DNA of 64,000 nt, taken from contig MEDY01000036.1 in the NCBI GenBank assembly GCA_001724265.1, forward strand, positions 62,001 through 126,000. Reading direction: 5' to 3'. The first letter of the stretch is position 1. Each line of letters begins with the position of its first letter. Of the stretch, positions 23,257 through 35,887 are shown piece after piece. A program made the translations under genes and the position numbers. The notes beneath the pieces are model-generated. The model was not told the origin of the DNA and searched no databases. It saw only the letters and a list, made by a program, of their open reading frames with translations. This stretch comes from Rhizaria sp. SCN 62-66. Lineage: Eukaryota.

Positions 23257-25851
23257 ATGGGACGTCGCGTCCTCTCCCCATCAAGCTCCCGTGTAAGCCG
23301 GGCACTTCCTCCAGGCTACATTACCGGCTATGCTCTCGTCCGCATTTTTGCCATGACGCTCATGGCGGCGGATCACTACGGATACTACGTCCTCACCTCA
23401 GCGCCCTGGTGGCGCGCCCTGGGCCGCGGCGCTGCACCGCTTTACTTCTTCATGCTTGGCTATAACCTCACCTTTACACTCGACACTACGCTGCTTTTCT
23501 GCGCCGTGCTTATGACGTTTACGCACTGGCTTTGCGGCCGCGTGCTGCCGTTAGACGTGCTCTGGAGCGTTGTTGCCATCCGTCTCGTGCTGCACGTCCT
23601 CGCTCCCCCGCTCATCGCGCTGCAAAACCACCTCTTCACGTCGCACACCGCGCCCGTCGCGCGCGCCCTCTCCAACCCAGCCTCGCCCGACGCCGCCGCG
23701 CTGTCCCCGGTGCCGAGAGCGGCCGGCGGCGGCGGCGGCGGGCTTGCACGGACCAGCAGCGGTCGCCGCCGCGGACAGCGCCGGCGCCGTGGCTCCTCGG
23801 CAGCCCACGGTCACAGCATCGACAGCCTTAACGGCGGAACCAGCAGTGGCAGCAGCAGTGCCAACACGTCACCCAACAGCAGCGGCGGCGATGGCGCTTA
23901 CTCTGGCCCGACGTCGCCTGATGCGCTCGCTGCCAGCATCAACGCGACTAGTGCTCTCGGTAATGATGGCGGTAACGGGGACATTTACGGCGGCAGTTAC
24001 AATGGGGCTGTTTTCAACGGGCGCGCGCAGTCCGCTGTTGCAGCAACTCTGATCTCTGGTGCCAGCCCGGCTGTTGATAGCGCTAATAACATTATCAACA
24101 ATAATATTGCTGGTAGCAATGTTGGTATGACTGCCGATAGCTACTACAATACACGCCGTGGCAGCCTTAACGGCACTGGCGCAAGCAACCCGTTGCTCGA
24201 CAGTTATCGCTCTCTTCTGTTTCCCGAGAACTCTATCAAGATTACCGCTGCATCTGCCAGTCTGCAGCCGCGTCTTAACCGCTATTACGCGCTCTGCAGT
24301 CGCCACATGCTTGCCCGTCGCACGTTTACACAAAGCGACTGGGCCAAGCGTGCCGCTGCGGTTTCTATGCTCACGTTTGCGTTGTTTGCGACGCTTATGC
24401 TATTGCAAACGTGGCTCAACAAGCACTCTGCGTACCTGTTCGATTATGATCTGTGCGGTATCTTATTCGCTCTCGTCGGTGTGCTTGCGCGCGCTAATGC
24501 CACAACTACCGCGGTTACAACCGCAGTGTTAATGCTCTTGCACGAGCGCACGCAGGCGTCACTGTTCCATTTTGACGGCAGCGACCGGGTTCTCTCAGCT
24601 GCTGTTCTGCTCGCAGTCGCCGTCGTAATGATGACCTTTTCGCGTGTATCACAGCGAATCATTGCACTGCCACAGACCCGCTACACAAACCAGGTTGCAT
24701 CCGCATCCGCAACACTCGCGCGTAAATCACTGATGTTCTACGTTGTGCATATGTTGCTGCTGCAGACAGTGTTCTTGATCGCGTATCACGGTCAAACCCC
24801 AGGGTTCGGTCATGTTGGCAACTTTGACTACTTAGTGTCGTCGACTCTGAGCGGTCTCTCGGCCACACTAGGCACACTCAAGACCACAACGGCTGGCTAC
24901 TATACAAGTGGCGGTGCCGCACTTGGCTTAAGCACCTCCAGCTCTGGTATCGGGACACCTGGCCTTGGTGGCAAAGTGAACACTGATCCAACGCAATACA
25001 TGGAAAACAATGAGAAGGCTACTGGTGGCAACGGCGCTGCTACGCCTCTCGTTGGCGAGAACAACGGTTGGTATGACAGCAACGTAAACCACATTCCAGC
25101 GAACGCAGCTCCGATTCACAACGATCACAACGGACATTCGCATGAAAACCTACACGGTGTCAGCAGTCACGAGACAAGAAGCGGCGGTAACATCAACAGC
25201 GGCGGTGTTGAACGTGATGAGAGCTATAGCGATTACACGAGTATCCCTGCCTCTGCTGTGTTTAATAACAATGACGACGAAGACGATGACTTTGGGCATC
25301 ACGGCGGCAACGACAATCACAACCACATTCAACGCCAGCGTCAACAGCAACAACAGCAACAACAACAGTTCGAGTTCTATCAGAAGCAGCAAGCCCACGC
25401 ACAAGCGCAAGCGCAGGCGCAGGCTCGAGCACAGGCGCAAGCGAGAGCCCAGACCCAGGCCCAGGTCCAGGCTCAGGCTCTGGCGAAAGCTCAAGCTCAA
25501 CGTCAGGCTTCCGCTCACAGTCACTCAGCTCACGGTCACACAAGTCACGGCCAAAGTGGCGGCAGCGAAGATGCATGGGTTGGTTACTACCGCTCGCAGC
25601 AGAACGAGCTCGGCGTAGCGCATACGCAAGGCCGGCTGTCGACGCAGCAGTACCAGCAGGCGATGCGGCAGCTGCAGGCGGAGGCGCAGCAACACGAGCG
25701 ACAGAGGGCAATGCTGCTGCAACAGCAACAGCATCAGCAACAGCAACAGATGTGGCAGCAGCAACAGCATCACCAGCAGCACTACAATGTGCATGGACAC
25801 GGTCACAATGCGCACGGTCACAATAGCTACGGCATGCACGCCAGGGGCTGA
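23257..25851 (+). CDS. TraX-family (acyltransferase-like) multi-pass membrane protein with a Q/H-rich tail
   Basis: 'YALVRIFAMTLMAADHYGYY...WWRALGRGAAPLYFFMLGY' matches the TraX N-terminal signature; further hydrophobic helices and 'SLMFYVVH'. Intronless, TGA stop. Confidence 0.72.
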   Translation: MGRRVLSPSSSRVSRALPPGYITGYALVRIFAMTLMAADHYGYYVLTSAPWWRALGRGAAPLYFFMLGYNLTFTLDTTLLFCAVLMTFTHWLCGRVLPLDVLWSVVAIRLVLHVLAPPLIALQNHLFTSHTAPVARALSNPASPDAAALSPVPRAAGGGGGGLARTSSGRRRGQRRRRGSSAAHGHSIDSLNGGTSSGSSSANTSPNSSGGDGAYSGPTSPDALAASINATSALGNDGGNGDIYGGSYNGAVFNGRAQSAVAATLISGASPAVDSANNIINNNIAGSNVGMTADSYYNTRRGSLNGTGASNPLLDSYRSLLFPENSIKITAASASLQPRLNRYYALCSRHMLARRTFTQSDWAKRAAAVSMLTFALFATLMLLQTWLNKHSAYLFDYDLCGILFALVGVLARANATTTAVTTAVLMLLHERTQASLFHFDGSDRVLSAAVLLAVAVVMMTFSRVSQRIIALPQTRYTNQVASASATLARKSLMFYVVHMLLLQTVFLIAYHGQTPGFGHVGNFDYLVSSTLSGLSATLGTLKTTTAGYYTSGGAALGLSTSSSGIGTPGLGGKVNTDPTQYMENNEKATGGNGAATPLVGENNGWYDSNVNHIPANAAPIHNDHNGHSHENLHGVSSHETRSGGNINSGGVERDESYSDYTSIPASAVFNNNDDEDDDFGHHGGNDNHNHIQRQRQQQQQQQQQFEFYQKQQAHAQAQAQAQARAQAQARAQTQAQVQAQALAKAQAQRQASAHSHSAHGHTSHGQSGGSEDAWVGYYRSQQNELGVAHTQGRLSTQQYQQAMRQLQAEAQQHERQRAMLLQQQQHQQQQQMWQQQQHHQQHYNVHGHGHNAHGHNSYGMHARG

Positions 25852-26581
25852 GGCTTGTTGCTACGAGATCTATTGATGGCAAATCAATAACGAGATCACA
25901 AGATATTTCTTTAACAATGAATTCAAGTAATTTACTCGTGCATTTCACATTGCTTTTGGACTTCTTTGAATGTGCGATTTCAATGACATAAAAATACAAC
26001 TTCACATCGACTGAAAACGCGGCAACGAAAATTGCGACGCTAATGTAAACGGGAGATAAGAAAAACAAGGATTTGGTGTTATGTATTGTCTATATGAATG
26101 ACGCAAGTGATTATATATATAGATGTAAAAAGAATGAAAAGCTATGTCTCAGTGAAAACCACCCAGTGCATACACAAACATGTCAACAAGCGCTTTTAGA
26201 CAACTTGTTGTGGTTGTAGTGAAGGATCGCAGTTGGCTTTAGAATTAGTGTTGCTGTAGCTTGTGCTGGTGCTGTACCTATTGCTTGTCACCGTGCGGTG
26301 TACTTAGCCTGTCTCTGCCTCTCGGCGTTGTCGCTGCCTCAGGCATATGCGAATGGAGGACTCTGAGTTCTTATGTGTCCCTGAAGTCGGAAGCAAGCAA
26401 GTCGCATCACGAAAGCCAATGCGCATAGTGCAGCATAGCGTGTCATGCCAACAATGTCACAGTATGTGCGCGTGCCACAGAGAAAGAAAGAACGCAAAAG
26501 GACCAACGGGACGCGAATGACGGCAGAACGAAGGTCTAGCATAGCACCCAGCGCAATCAGCACGCGCGTTCGCGACCGCGC

Positions 26582-26848
26582 TTACCGCGTCTTGGGAGCG
26601 TAGTTGGTGACGGTGACGGGGTCGAGGGACTCGAGCATCATGATGCTGCTGCCGCGCACGACGGCAGTGCCGTAGTTGACGCCGGGCTTGCCGTCCTTCT
26701 GCAGCGGCACGAAGTCCTCGATCGTCATGTTCATGAACTGGTCGTAGCCGCGGAGAACGCCGGTGATCTGGCGCCCACAGTCAAGCTTGACAATGAGACG
26801 CTTGTCAACGTACTTCATCAGCTCCGGGGGACGCACCTTGCTCGCCAT
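26582..26848 (-). CDS. SNRPG: Small nuclear ribonucleoprotein Sm G
   Basis: 'PPELMKYVDKRLIVKLDCGRQITGVLRGYDQFMNMTI...GTAVVRGSSIMMLESL' contains Sm1 and Sm2 motifs typical of SmG; stop is TAA. Confidence 0.92.
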   Translation of the reverse strand: MASKVRPPELMKYVDKRLIVKLDCGRQITGVLRGYDQFMNMTIEDFVPLQKDGKPGVNYGTAVVRGSSIMMLESLDPVTVTNYAPKTR

Positions 26849-27320
26849 CGGGGGAGAGTTGGTCTGTGGGGGCGAAGTGTTGAGAGAAGAGGAAGTGGGG
26901 AAGGAATGCGCAGGTGAGTTGGTTGGGATCATATGTGTGGTTTCGAAATTAACAATAAAACGTATTCACTAAAACGAGGTGGCAATACACATAGAATACT
27001 TAGATCTCTGTTGACGGTCAGTGTCAAGCAGTGGCTATTCCTCAAAATTCAAGCTTTGGTTTGGGTGGTCGTTGGCTGGGCGCGACAATTTTTGCGAACC
27101 AGTGAGACAAACTTCACTTCTCCACCTTTAAGTTCTCCTATTTTTCATTATATCTCATTATATTGATCGTCAATCGAATTTACTTTGCGAACCTCCGAAG
27201 TAATTGTTAGGATTGTGTTTGTTTTCTTATTATTTTTCCTAACCTGTTTGTATATCTCTTTTAATCGACCCCTCCTTTCTGTTGACGCGACCTGTCGCGT
27301 CGCCTCCTCGTCGCCACAGC

Positions 27321-30300
27321 ATGTTCTCGGCAAAGCCCGACGACTTAGCCACCGACGCCCCTGTACGTATCTTCAGGCGTTTGATCTCCGCCGTACTAGC
27401 GTTTTCGTGTTGCATTTTCTCTTATGTCGTGTATATCTCATGTATTGTACTCTGTTTTCCGTCTTGCACGCCCGGCTCCACCACAAATCGCTCACCGCGC
27501 ATTCGCCCGTACGCCACCCCTCACAGTACTGGCCGTCTTTTGCCGCGCAGCCCCAGGCGACGTCCGCCAAGGACCGCCGTCACGGCGCTACGTCCAGCGA
27601 CTCTTTTTGGAAGTCCTCCAACTGGTTCCGCCCCGACTCCGCCGCCGCCGCCGCCGCCACGCTCTCCGCGGTCGATCCCACCTTCGACGCCATCGCTGCT
27701 CACGCTGCCAACGGCGCTGGCGTCACTGCCGCGACCGCCCCCGTTGCCGCGGTTGTTGCGGCAAGCGGCGTTTTGCCCGCGGCGCTGCCCGGCTTCCCCT
27801 CCTTCCCGGCCGCCATCCCGCAGAGCTACTACTGCGCCAGCCGCGACGCGTCGCCAGGCTCCGGCCCGCGGACCTCGGCGCCGTCGGTCAACGGGCAGGC
27901 AGCGGTGGAGGTCGGCGGCGCGCTCTGCTACTCGCGGTTTACCGTGAGCCGGAACCGCTCTCTGCCGCTGACTCCGCTCGCCCCCAGCACCGACTCGGCC
28001 TCGCCCACGGCCGTCTCAGCGCACGCTTCTGCTTCTGCGACTGTTGAGGATGGCAATGGCAGCAAGGGCTAGACGACTGGGAGCGAGGGCGATAACAAGG
28101 TGCCTGAGGCCGACGTTGACGCTGAGGCTGAGACTGCCTCTAACTCAAGCTCTGGTGTTGTTCTGAACAACAACGCTGGCTCCACCTCCAGCACCAAGCC
28201 TGGCTCTGGCTATGCTCCCGGCCCCGGCTCTGGCCCCGGCTCTGGCCCCGGCTCTGGCTCTGGCTCGGACCCTAGAGCAAACCATAACAACAACAAGAAC
28301 AACAACCACTCCAGCAACGACTACCGTCGTCTCAACTCCCTCCCCCCCATCTCCGCCGCTGCTACAACAGCAACGGCGGCTGGAGCGCTAGCAGCTGTAG
28401 CGCCCGCGGCGGCGTACTGCCCGCGCACGGCGCCGCTGCTCGCCCACTCGCTGCGCGTCTCCGCCGCGCCCGCGCTGACCCAGGCCTTCGCGCGCCACCG
28501 GTCTGCCGCGCTCGCCCGCCTGGGGGCGCAGGCCCGCATGCTGCCCGCGTTGCGCCTGCTCACGCTCACCTCGCTGCCCCTTGCGCGTCCGCAGTCGCGA
28601 GACGCCCTCGCGCGCGCGCTGGTCCTGCCGCTGCGCTTCCCCTCGGCGTTCGCCGCGGTTGGCGCGCCGCCGCCGCGGGGAGCAGTCGTGGTCGCCGGCC
28701 CGCGCGGCGCCGGCAAGAGCCACGCCGTGCGCGCGCTCGCCAAGGAAACCAACGTCTACTACCAGGAGGTGTCGGCGCGCGAGCTCGTGCGCGACGCCAA
28801 GGCGGGGACTGTGAGCGCGGGACGCGCGAGTCACGAGTACTATGGCAACCCCGCGTGCGGCGTGGACCCGTTCCTGTCGCAGAGCGAGCATCCTCTGGCG
28901 CGTCTGTTCGACGTGGCGCGGGAAAACGCGCCCGCGATCGTGTTCATCGACGACGCCGACGTCCTGCTCACGGGCAGGGACGTCGAGGGCGGGCTTCAAG
29001 TCCTTGAAGAGGAGCAGCGGGAGGAAGAGATCGCCAGGAAAGGAGGCTATCTCTCTGACTCTGAGTCCAGCTGCTACTCCAGCAGTGACAGTGGCAGTGA
29101 CTCTGAGAGTGGTTCTGAGAGCGGCTCTGACGCGGACGCGGACGCTGAAGCCAACTCTGGGGCTGTTGTTGCTCTGGGCGCCAACACGAAGCGTCGTCGT
29201 CTTGCAAACTCTAACAACAATAGCAACAACAGCAACAGCAACAAGAGCAAGAGTGGCGGCCGTACGCGCCGCTGCCTTTGCGCCTGCGCTCACTGCGTGT
29301 CAGCGCGCCTCGCTGCCTCCGCCGCCGCCACTGCGGCAGCCAAGCTTTACGCCAACAGCAGCGGCGGCGGCTCTAACAACAACAGCAACCTGCTCTCGGG
29401 CTACCGCGCAACCCACGGCAGCAGCGGTGGCAGCGGCGTTCCCGGCGACGCCTCGGCTGCGGCGTCCGCGGGCGCGCCCGGCGGCGGCGATCGTGAGGCG
29501 GCCGAGCCCGCGGGCGTAACCGTGACGCGAGCCGTGCTCTGCGCCGAGCTCGACCGGCTCTGGGGCGTGGCTAAAGCGCGCAATGAGGCCTCGCTGGCCG
29601 AGGCCGTGGCGCAGGCCCTCAAAGTCGAGGACGCCAAGGGGCTCGCAGCGCTCAAGGCGGGGCTCGTGGTCAGTGGACACAAGGCTAGCGCGAACAAAGC
29701 GGAGGACGGCCATAGTGAGGCGGCGGGGGGAAACAGCGGCCGGCTGACGAACAAGCAGTGGGCCTCCGTCTTCGGCACCAGCGCTACTAGCTTGACTACC
29801 GACGCTAGCCCTGGCACTGGCAGCGCGGGTAAGAGTGCGATTGCCGCGACTGGCAAGGTCGAGGCCGGCCTGCCGCGGCTGCCGAGCGTGAGCGCAGTGC
29901 GTCACCAGCTGCGGGCCGCGGCGGGTGGGGCGTGGCGGCACACGACGCCCGGCTCAGTGCTTGGCAGTGATCACATCAACGACAATGGCAGTGTCGCTGC
30001 GACCGCTGCTAACCCTCGCGACAAAAGCTCAGCGACTGCGATGACGGACGCCGAAACTGTTCTCGATGCTGAGCTTGACACTGACGCGACTCGTCTAACG
30101 AGTCGCGGACCTGATGTAAGTACCTCGCGCGCGCCGCCGCACGCCGCGCTGGCACACAAGCGCTGGCTGCAGCAGCAGGCTGAGGCCGAGGCCAAACTGC
30201 TCTCTGCACGCACTGCCGCGTCTACTGCTGCTACGCCGACTGCAACAGCAAGTGGTGGCACTAGCGCTGCGACGGTGGCTACGGCTAGCACTGGCTCTGC

Positions 30301-33300
30301 TGCCATGAGTGACGTTACTCCTGCTCGTGTTGCTGCGACTGCGGCCGCGGTGGTGCCGATTGACGCGGACTCGCTGTGCTCGACCGGCCCCGCGCCCAAC
30401 ACCAGCATCACCAGCACCGGCCCGATCAAAGGGCTATGGACGACGACGACGGCGCCCGTGGTCTCCAGCGGTCGCCCCCGCCGCGCCACCGCCAAGGACA
30501 GCGTGTTCGCGTCCTTCATGGGCAACTCTAACGCAAGCATGAGCGCCGCTGACAGCAGTGTACCCACACCGACGAGTAGTGCCGAATCTAAGGGGGTACT
30601 TACACCTGCGCCCGCGACTGTCACGGTGAGTGTCCCCACGGCTCCGGACCACAACGCAGAGCTCCTCGCCTCTCTGCCCAGCGCCGCCGCGGTTAAGCCG
30701 CCTGTCAGCAGCACCAGTAGTCACGGGTACTCTGCGCTCGCGGCACGCATGGGTGGCGTAACGACTCTGCCCCGCGCCCCACACCCCTCGCTCGCCGCCC
30801 CCAACATCACGAACACCAACCCGACGACCGAGGCCGCCGCCGCCAAGGCCGCCGCCGCCGCCAAGGCTGCCACCGAGGCCGCCGCCGCCGCCAAGGCCGC
30901 CGCGGAGTCTGTGCCGATGCCGGCGTCGCTGCGGGAGCAGTTCGCGCGGTCGGCGGCGGCGCGCGGCAGCGGCCGGGCCAGCGGCGCGATGCCGACTGCG
31001 CACCCAGTCATCGTCGTGCTCGCGATTACCGCGCCCGTCAAGACGACGAAGCTCGCGTACGGCAACAACAGCAGCAGCACTGCTAACGCAAAGAAGTCGA
31101 ATGCTGTTGACGTCACGACTGCTGCTGACATGAGTCTCCCTGTGCTGCTGCCTGGCTGCTGCTGCCCCGGCCTCCGCCGCCGCCGCCCCTGTCCGTCCTC
31201 TGCCCACGGTCACTTGACCACCGCCCACGGTCACTCCTCCCTCGCGACCCCTGCCGTGACCACGGTCGCCCTGGCCCCGGCCGCGGCGCCGCTGCTGCCG
31301 TGCTTCGCGCCTCTCTCGCGCCGCATTGCCGCCACGGTGCCCTGGGCGCTGCCCTCGCGCCGCGCGCGCCGCGCGCTGCTGGCCGACGCCGCGCTGCCGC
31401 TGCTGCTCGCGCCCGGCGTGTTTGCCACGGCGGCCACCACCGACGGCGCGCTCGCCGCGGCTGCGGAGGCAGTCGTCGCCGCGCGCGGCCTCCCGGTCAC
31501 CGCAGCCTATGGCAACAACACGTATCCCAGCAAGGCTCTCTCGCACCCGCGCAAGCGCGCGCCGACTGCGGCTGGCGCTGGCGCTGTGGCGGTGCAGTGT
31601 CCGCTGCTGCGGTACCTGGCGCGCGCGACGGCGGGCTTCTCGCCCCGTGACCTCTCTGCGCTCGTCGAAGCAGCGGCGCAGCTGGCCGTGGCAGAGGCTG
31701 TGGACGCGCATGTTGACGCCATTATTGCGAGGTACGGGCTCGCAAAATTTGCACCGTACATCAGTGTTTGATAACTTTTCTTTTTTCCCAATCTCAAATC
31801 GCTTAGATGACCTTCCATAATAACAATTCTAACAAACTTCTCTCTGCACTCCTTGTTTGTTTGTTTTTTCTTCGTCTCAACAGGGACAAGACGATGCGCC
31901 GCGAGCGCCGCCGCGCCGAGCGCGCGCAGCTCCGCGCCGCCACTGCAGCTGCCACCGCTGCCGCTACCGCTGCTGCTGCTGCTGGGACGATGCGGAACGA
32001 GGCAGAGCTGGCTGGGCGCAGGGCCTTGGCGGCCACCGCCGCCTCCGCCTCGGCCGCCGCTGTCGCCGCTAAGGCCCGGTCTAAGGCGGAGGCCAAGGCC
32101 AAAGCGAAGGCCAAGACCACGGCTACCGGCGCTTACTACAGCGACAGTGGTGATGATGATGAGGATGATGACGAGAGCAAACAAAAGGACAGCTCATCCT
32201 TGACTGTGCCAACTGCTAATAGCGATGCTAGCGCACTGAGCGTGAGCCGTGGCGGCTTAACTTTCGCACGCTCGCTCCGCCACGCGCTGGCCTCCTCGAG
32301 CGTCGGTACGCGCTCCCACGCCTCAGCCGCCGTCGCCGCCGCCACCGGCCTGTCCTCTGCAGCAGCGACACCAGGCACCACGAAGAGTAAGAGCACGAGC
32401 AGCACTCGCATGACTGACACAGACGCCGCCGTTGACGCTGCCGGTGCAGGCGCTATCCCGGGTGAGAACGACGATGCTGCTGGCAGCGGCAGTGACAGCG
32501 GCTCCGAGAGCGATGCCGACGCCCGCCGCCACGCCGCCATCGACGCCCTGCTCGACCGCGCTGACCCAGTTGCGGAACGCGACGCGCGCCGCGCCGCCGC
32601 CGCGGTCGTCACGGGGCCTGCACGCGCGGGGCAGGCGCACCTCTCCAAGGCCGCCGGTGGCTCGCGCTTCCCTGGCCTCTACAGCAGTGCGAAGACCGAC
32701 ACCGGCGCCGGCGCTGGCGCTGGTGCGGGCGCCGTGGCGGCTGCGAGCGACGCGCTTGTGCGCTTGCGCTTCCCCGGCTTGCTGCCGCCCGCGCCGCCCG
32801 CGGTGCCCCCGGGCCACTCGGCGCTGGCGCTGCCCACCGCGCTGTCCCCGCAGGTGCGCGACAGCACCGCCGTCACCGCACGCCACTTTCTGCTCGCGCT
32901 CGTCGATGCGCCGCGCACCTGTGACGCAGTGCGCAAGGCGGCCGCGGACGCGCTTGCGGACGCCGCGTATCTTGCTGCGGCGCCGCTGAGCCAGGCGAGT
33001 CGCACTGAGTACACGGTTGCGTATGAGCACGCGCTTGCGGGACTTGGAAGCGCGCGCGCCAGTGTTGGAAAGAGCAAGGGCTCTAGCTTCCCCGCGGTCG
33101 GCGCTGGCATCGTGCGCATGATCTGCCCGCCCAGGCCTCCCCTCGTCTCTAGTGCTCCAGTGGCTGCGACGGCGACTGTTGTTGTGAGTGGAGCGGTGGC
33201 GGGCCCGGAAGCGGGCGCGGCGGCTGCGGAGACAGAGGCTGCGCTGCAGTGGCAGCTGCTGTCGGAAACACAACAAGACACTGCCAATGCTACCGCTAAC

Positions 33301-35472
33301 ACTCCCGTTGACGATAGCGTTGGCGTTTTGAGCGCTGTTGCCGGCAAACGCGACGGCAGCAGCACTGGCAAGCCCGCGAGTGATGAGCAGCCGTCCCGCT
33401 TTTCCCAGTCTCTGGCGCAAAGCACTCGCAGCCTCGCGGCCGCGGGCAGCGGTGCCGTGGCGCCGCGCGTGCCGTCTGTGCGGTGGGCCGACATCGGCGG
33501 CAACACGAGCCTCAAGCGCGTAATCCGCGCTGTTGTCGAGGCGCCGCTGCTCTACCCCACGCTCTACCGCCAGTACGGCGTCGCGCCTTCCTCGGGTGTG
33601 CTGCTGTACGGTCCCTCGGGCTGCGGCAAGACACTCGTCGCCAAGGCCATTGCCAGCGAGGTCAATGCGACGTTCATGTCCGTCTCGGCCGCCGAGCTGC
33701 TGTCGCCGTACGTAGGCGAGGCCGAGGGCAGGATCCGCGAGCTCTTTGCGCGCGCCCGTGCGGCGTCGCCGTGCGTGCTCTTCTTCGACGAGCTCGACGC
33801 GCTCTTTACCAAGCGCAGCACGGGCGGCGACGCGGCGACCGCGGCCGACAGGCTAGTGGGGCAAATCCTCACCGAGATCGACAACCCGCTGTACTTGTCC
33901 TCAAACTCTAACACTAACGCAAGCCACTCTGCTGCGAAGTCTTCTAAGAGCCAGAGTCAGGGCCACAGCGGTCCGACTGTATTCCTGGTGGGCGCGACGA
34001 ACCGGCCCGAGGCCATCGACCCCGCGCTGCTGCGGCCGGGACGGCTCGATCACAAGCTCTACGTGGGGCTCCCCGGCGCCGCCGCGCGACTTGACATCCT
34101 CGTCAAGGCGCTCGGACTCAAGCGGCCCGTCGCCGGCGACGGCAACAGCAACAGCAACCGCTCGTCTGGCGCGACAGAGGATGAGGACGAGGACGAGGTT
34201 TCTCACCTCGCTCAGGACGTCACGCGTACGTAGCAAATGCCGATCAATGAACTCAAAATGCCATATCTTTGCTGTTTTCCAACTCTATTTTTAGGTATTC
34301 TCTTGTTATTGTCTCAATTTTTGTATTCTCTTTATTTTTATCTTCTGACTGACGACAGACGAGTCGCTGGCGCCCCTGGCTCTGCGCAGCGCGGGTCTGA
34401 GTGGCGCCGACCTCGCCTCTCTCGCCAGCCGCGCGAAGCAGGCCGCGATCCGCCGCGTGCTCGCGCTCCATCGGCGCGTACCTGCCGCGTGTCTGCGCAC
34501 GGGCGCCGCGAGCGACCGGGAGTGGGCGCGGGCCGGCTGCGTTTCGCTGCGGGATGTGACGGCGGCGATGAAGGACGCGCGGGCGAGTGTGAGTGTCGAG
34601 TCGGTGATCGCGTTCATGCGGTACAAGCACATCGAGCACCGCTCCGCGACGGGTGCCGCCGATGATGACGATGGCAAGGCCAGTGACGCTAGTGATGAGC
34701 AGCAGCAGCAGCAGCAGCAGATGAGTGACCGTGAGTCCGCTGTGAGCGACACCAGCAGCGCTAGCGCTGCCATTGACGACGCCAACAACGGCTACGACGA
34801 CGAGGAAGCCGTGGAGATCGCCTACGCGACTGCGCTGTGCGGCGGGGGCGAGATTGAGGACGAGGCGGAGGTCATGGTGCTGGAGAGCGCGGGCGTGGAC
34901 ACTGCGCCGCTGAAGCACCCCATGGCCAAGGACATCATCGCAAGGTACGCACATCTTAAGTCGAACTTAGACATGACATATTCACATTAAAGGTCACTTA
35001 TGGTCTTGATCGTGCGTTTATTCTATCTTGCTTACAGGTTTATTTTTAATTTGTTTTTTACATCGTTCTTTATAGGATGAGCAAGCAAGGCAACGACTTC
35101 CTTCGCGCCGCTCTCTCGACGAACACCAACACACAGAGCACCAGCGACGGCGCTGCGGACGGCGTTGATGCTGCTATTGCGAAAGCCAGCGCCAGTGCCG
35201 ACGCTGTTGGCGTCGATCTGGACGCGCTGCGTGCGCAGGCGCGCGCCGCCGTGGCGGGGGCGACGCAGGGGCGCGTCATGGCCAGTGTGGAACCCGGGGA
35301 GCGTGACGCGATCGTGCGCGACATCTTCGCCCGCTTTCACCGCCCTCCGACCGACAGCGGCGACAACTCTGGTGGCAACACGGGCGACGTGAGTGCGAGT
35401 GCAGGCGCTGATACCAACGCTGATGATGAACCTAGCTCGGGGAAGCAAGCGCAAACGATGCGCTTTCGGTAA
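27321..35472 (+). CDS. CDC48/p97-family double-AAA ATPase, much expanded (~2520 aa); exons 27321-27362, 27527-31731, 31884-34225, 34359-34944, 35076-35472; in-frame TAG at 28070-28072
   Basis: D1: GPRGAGKS and IVFIDDAD. D2: 'VRWADIGG', GPSGCGKT, VLFFDELD, 'GATNRPEAIDPALLRPGRLD', lid 'GLSGADL'. All four GT-AG introns are phase-compatible. Confidence 0.82.
28198..28268 (+). repeat. Coding tandem repeat (GGCTCTGGCCCC)n encoding GSGP
   Basis: A 12-bp periodicity is directly visible. Confidence 0.8.
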
Positions 35473-35887
35473 AAAGTGTCAGTTTCCTTGTGTTGGGCTG
35501 ACAGTTTACAACTTTTCTTAAGAGTGAAAGATTACACGACAGCTCTTTGATTTCAATTAATTTTTCTTACATAGACAATATTGACTTGCTTATCAATAAA
35601 GCTAATTCTATATCTCGAGCTAAACGCATAAACGCATTAACACTCACTTTGTTTAAGTGACAGTGAGCAATCCGTAACTTGAAGTTGATCACAAGACCTG
35701 TCTAACATTCACGTCGAATGGGTGTCGTATCACATTGTCGACCTGAACTTTCATTCGTATTTATGAGTATAATCTATGTTACTAGACTTGAATAAGTTTG
35801 AAATTGCGTCGTGCTCATGTTACCTTCTTCGGACTTCGTACTTTTATAGAACAAGACATCGCAGCCGTTTTGTTGCCCTTTATCCTC

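Noticed and set aside
28043-28072. Tiny GT-AG intron ending at the TAG
   Set aside because: It is 30 nt, GC-rich and has a GTTGAG donor, unlike the 111-213 nt AT-rich GTNCG introns here. Kept only as a testable alternative.
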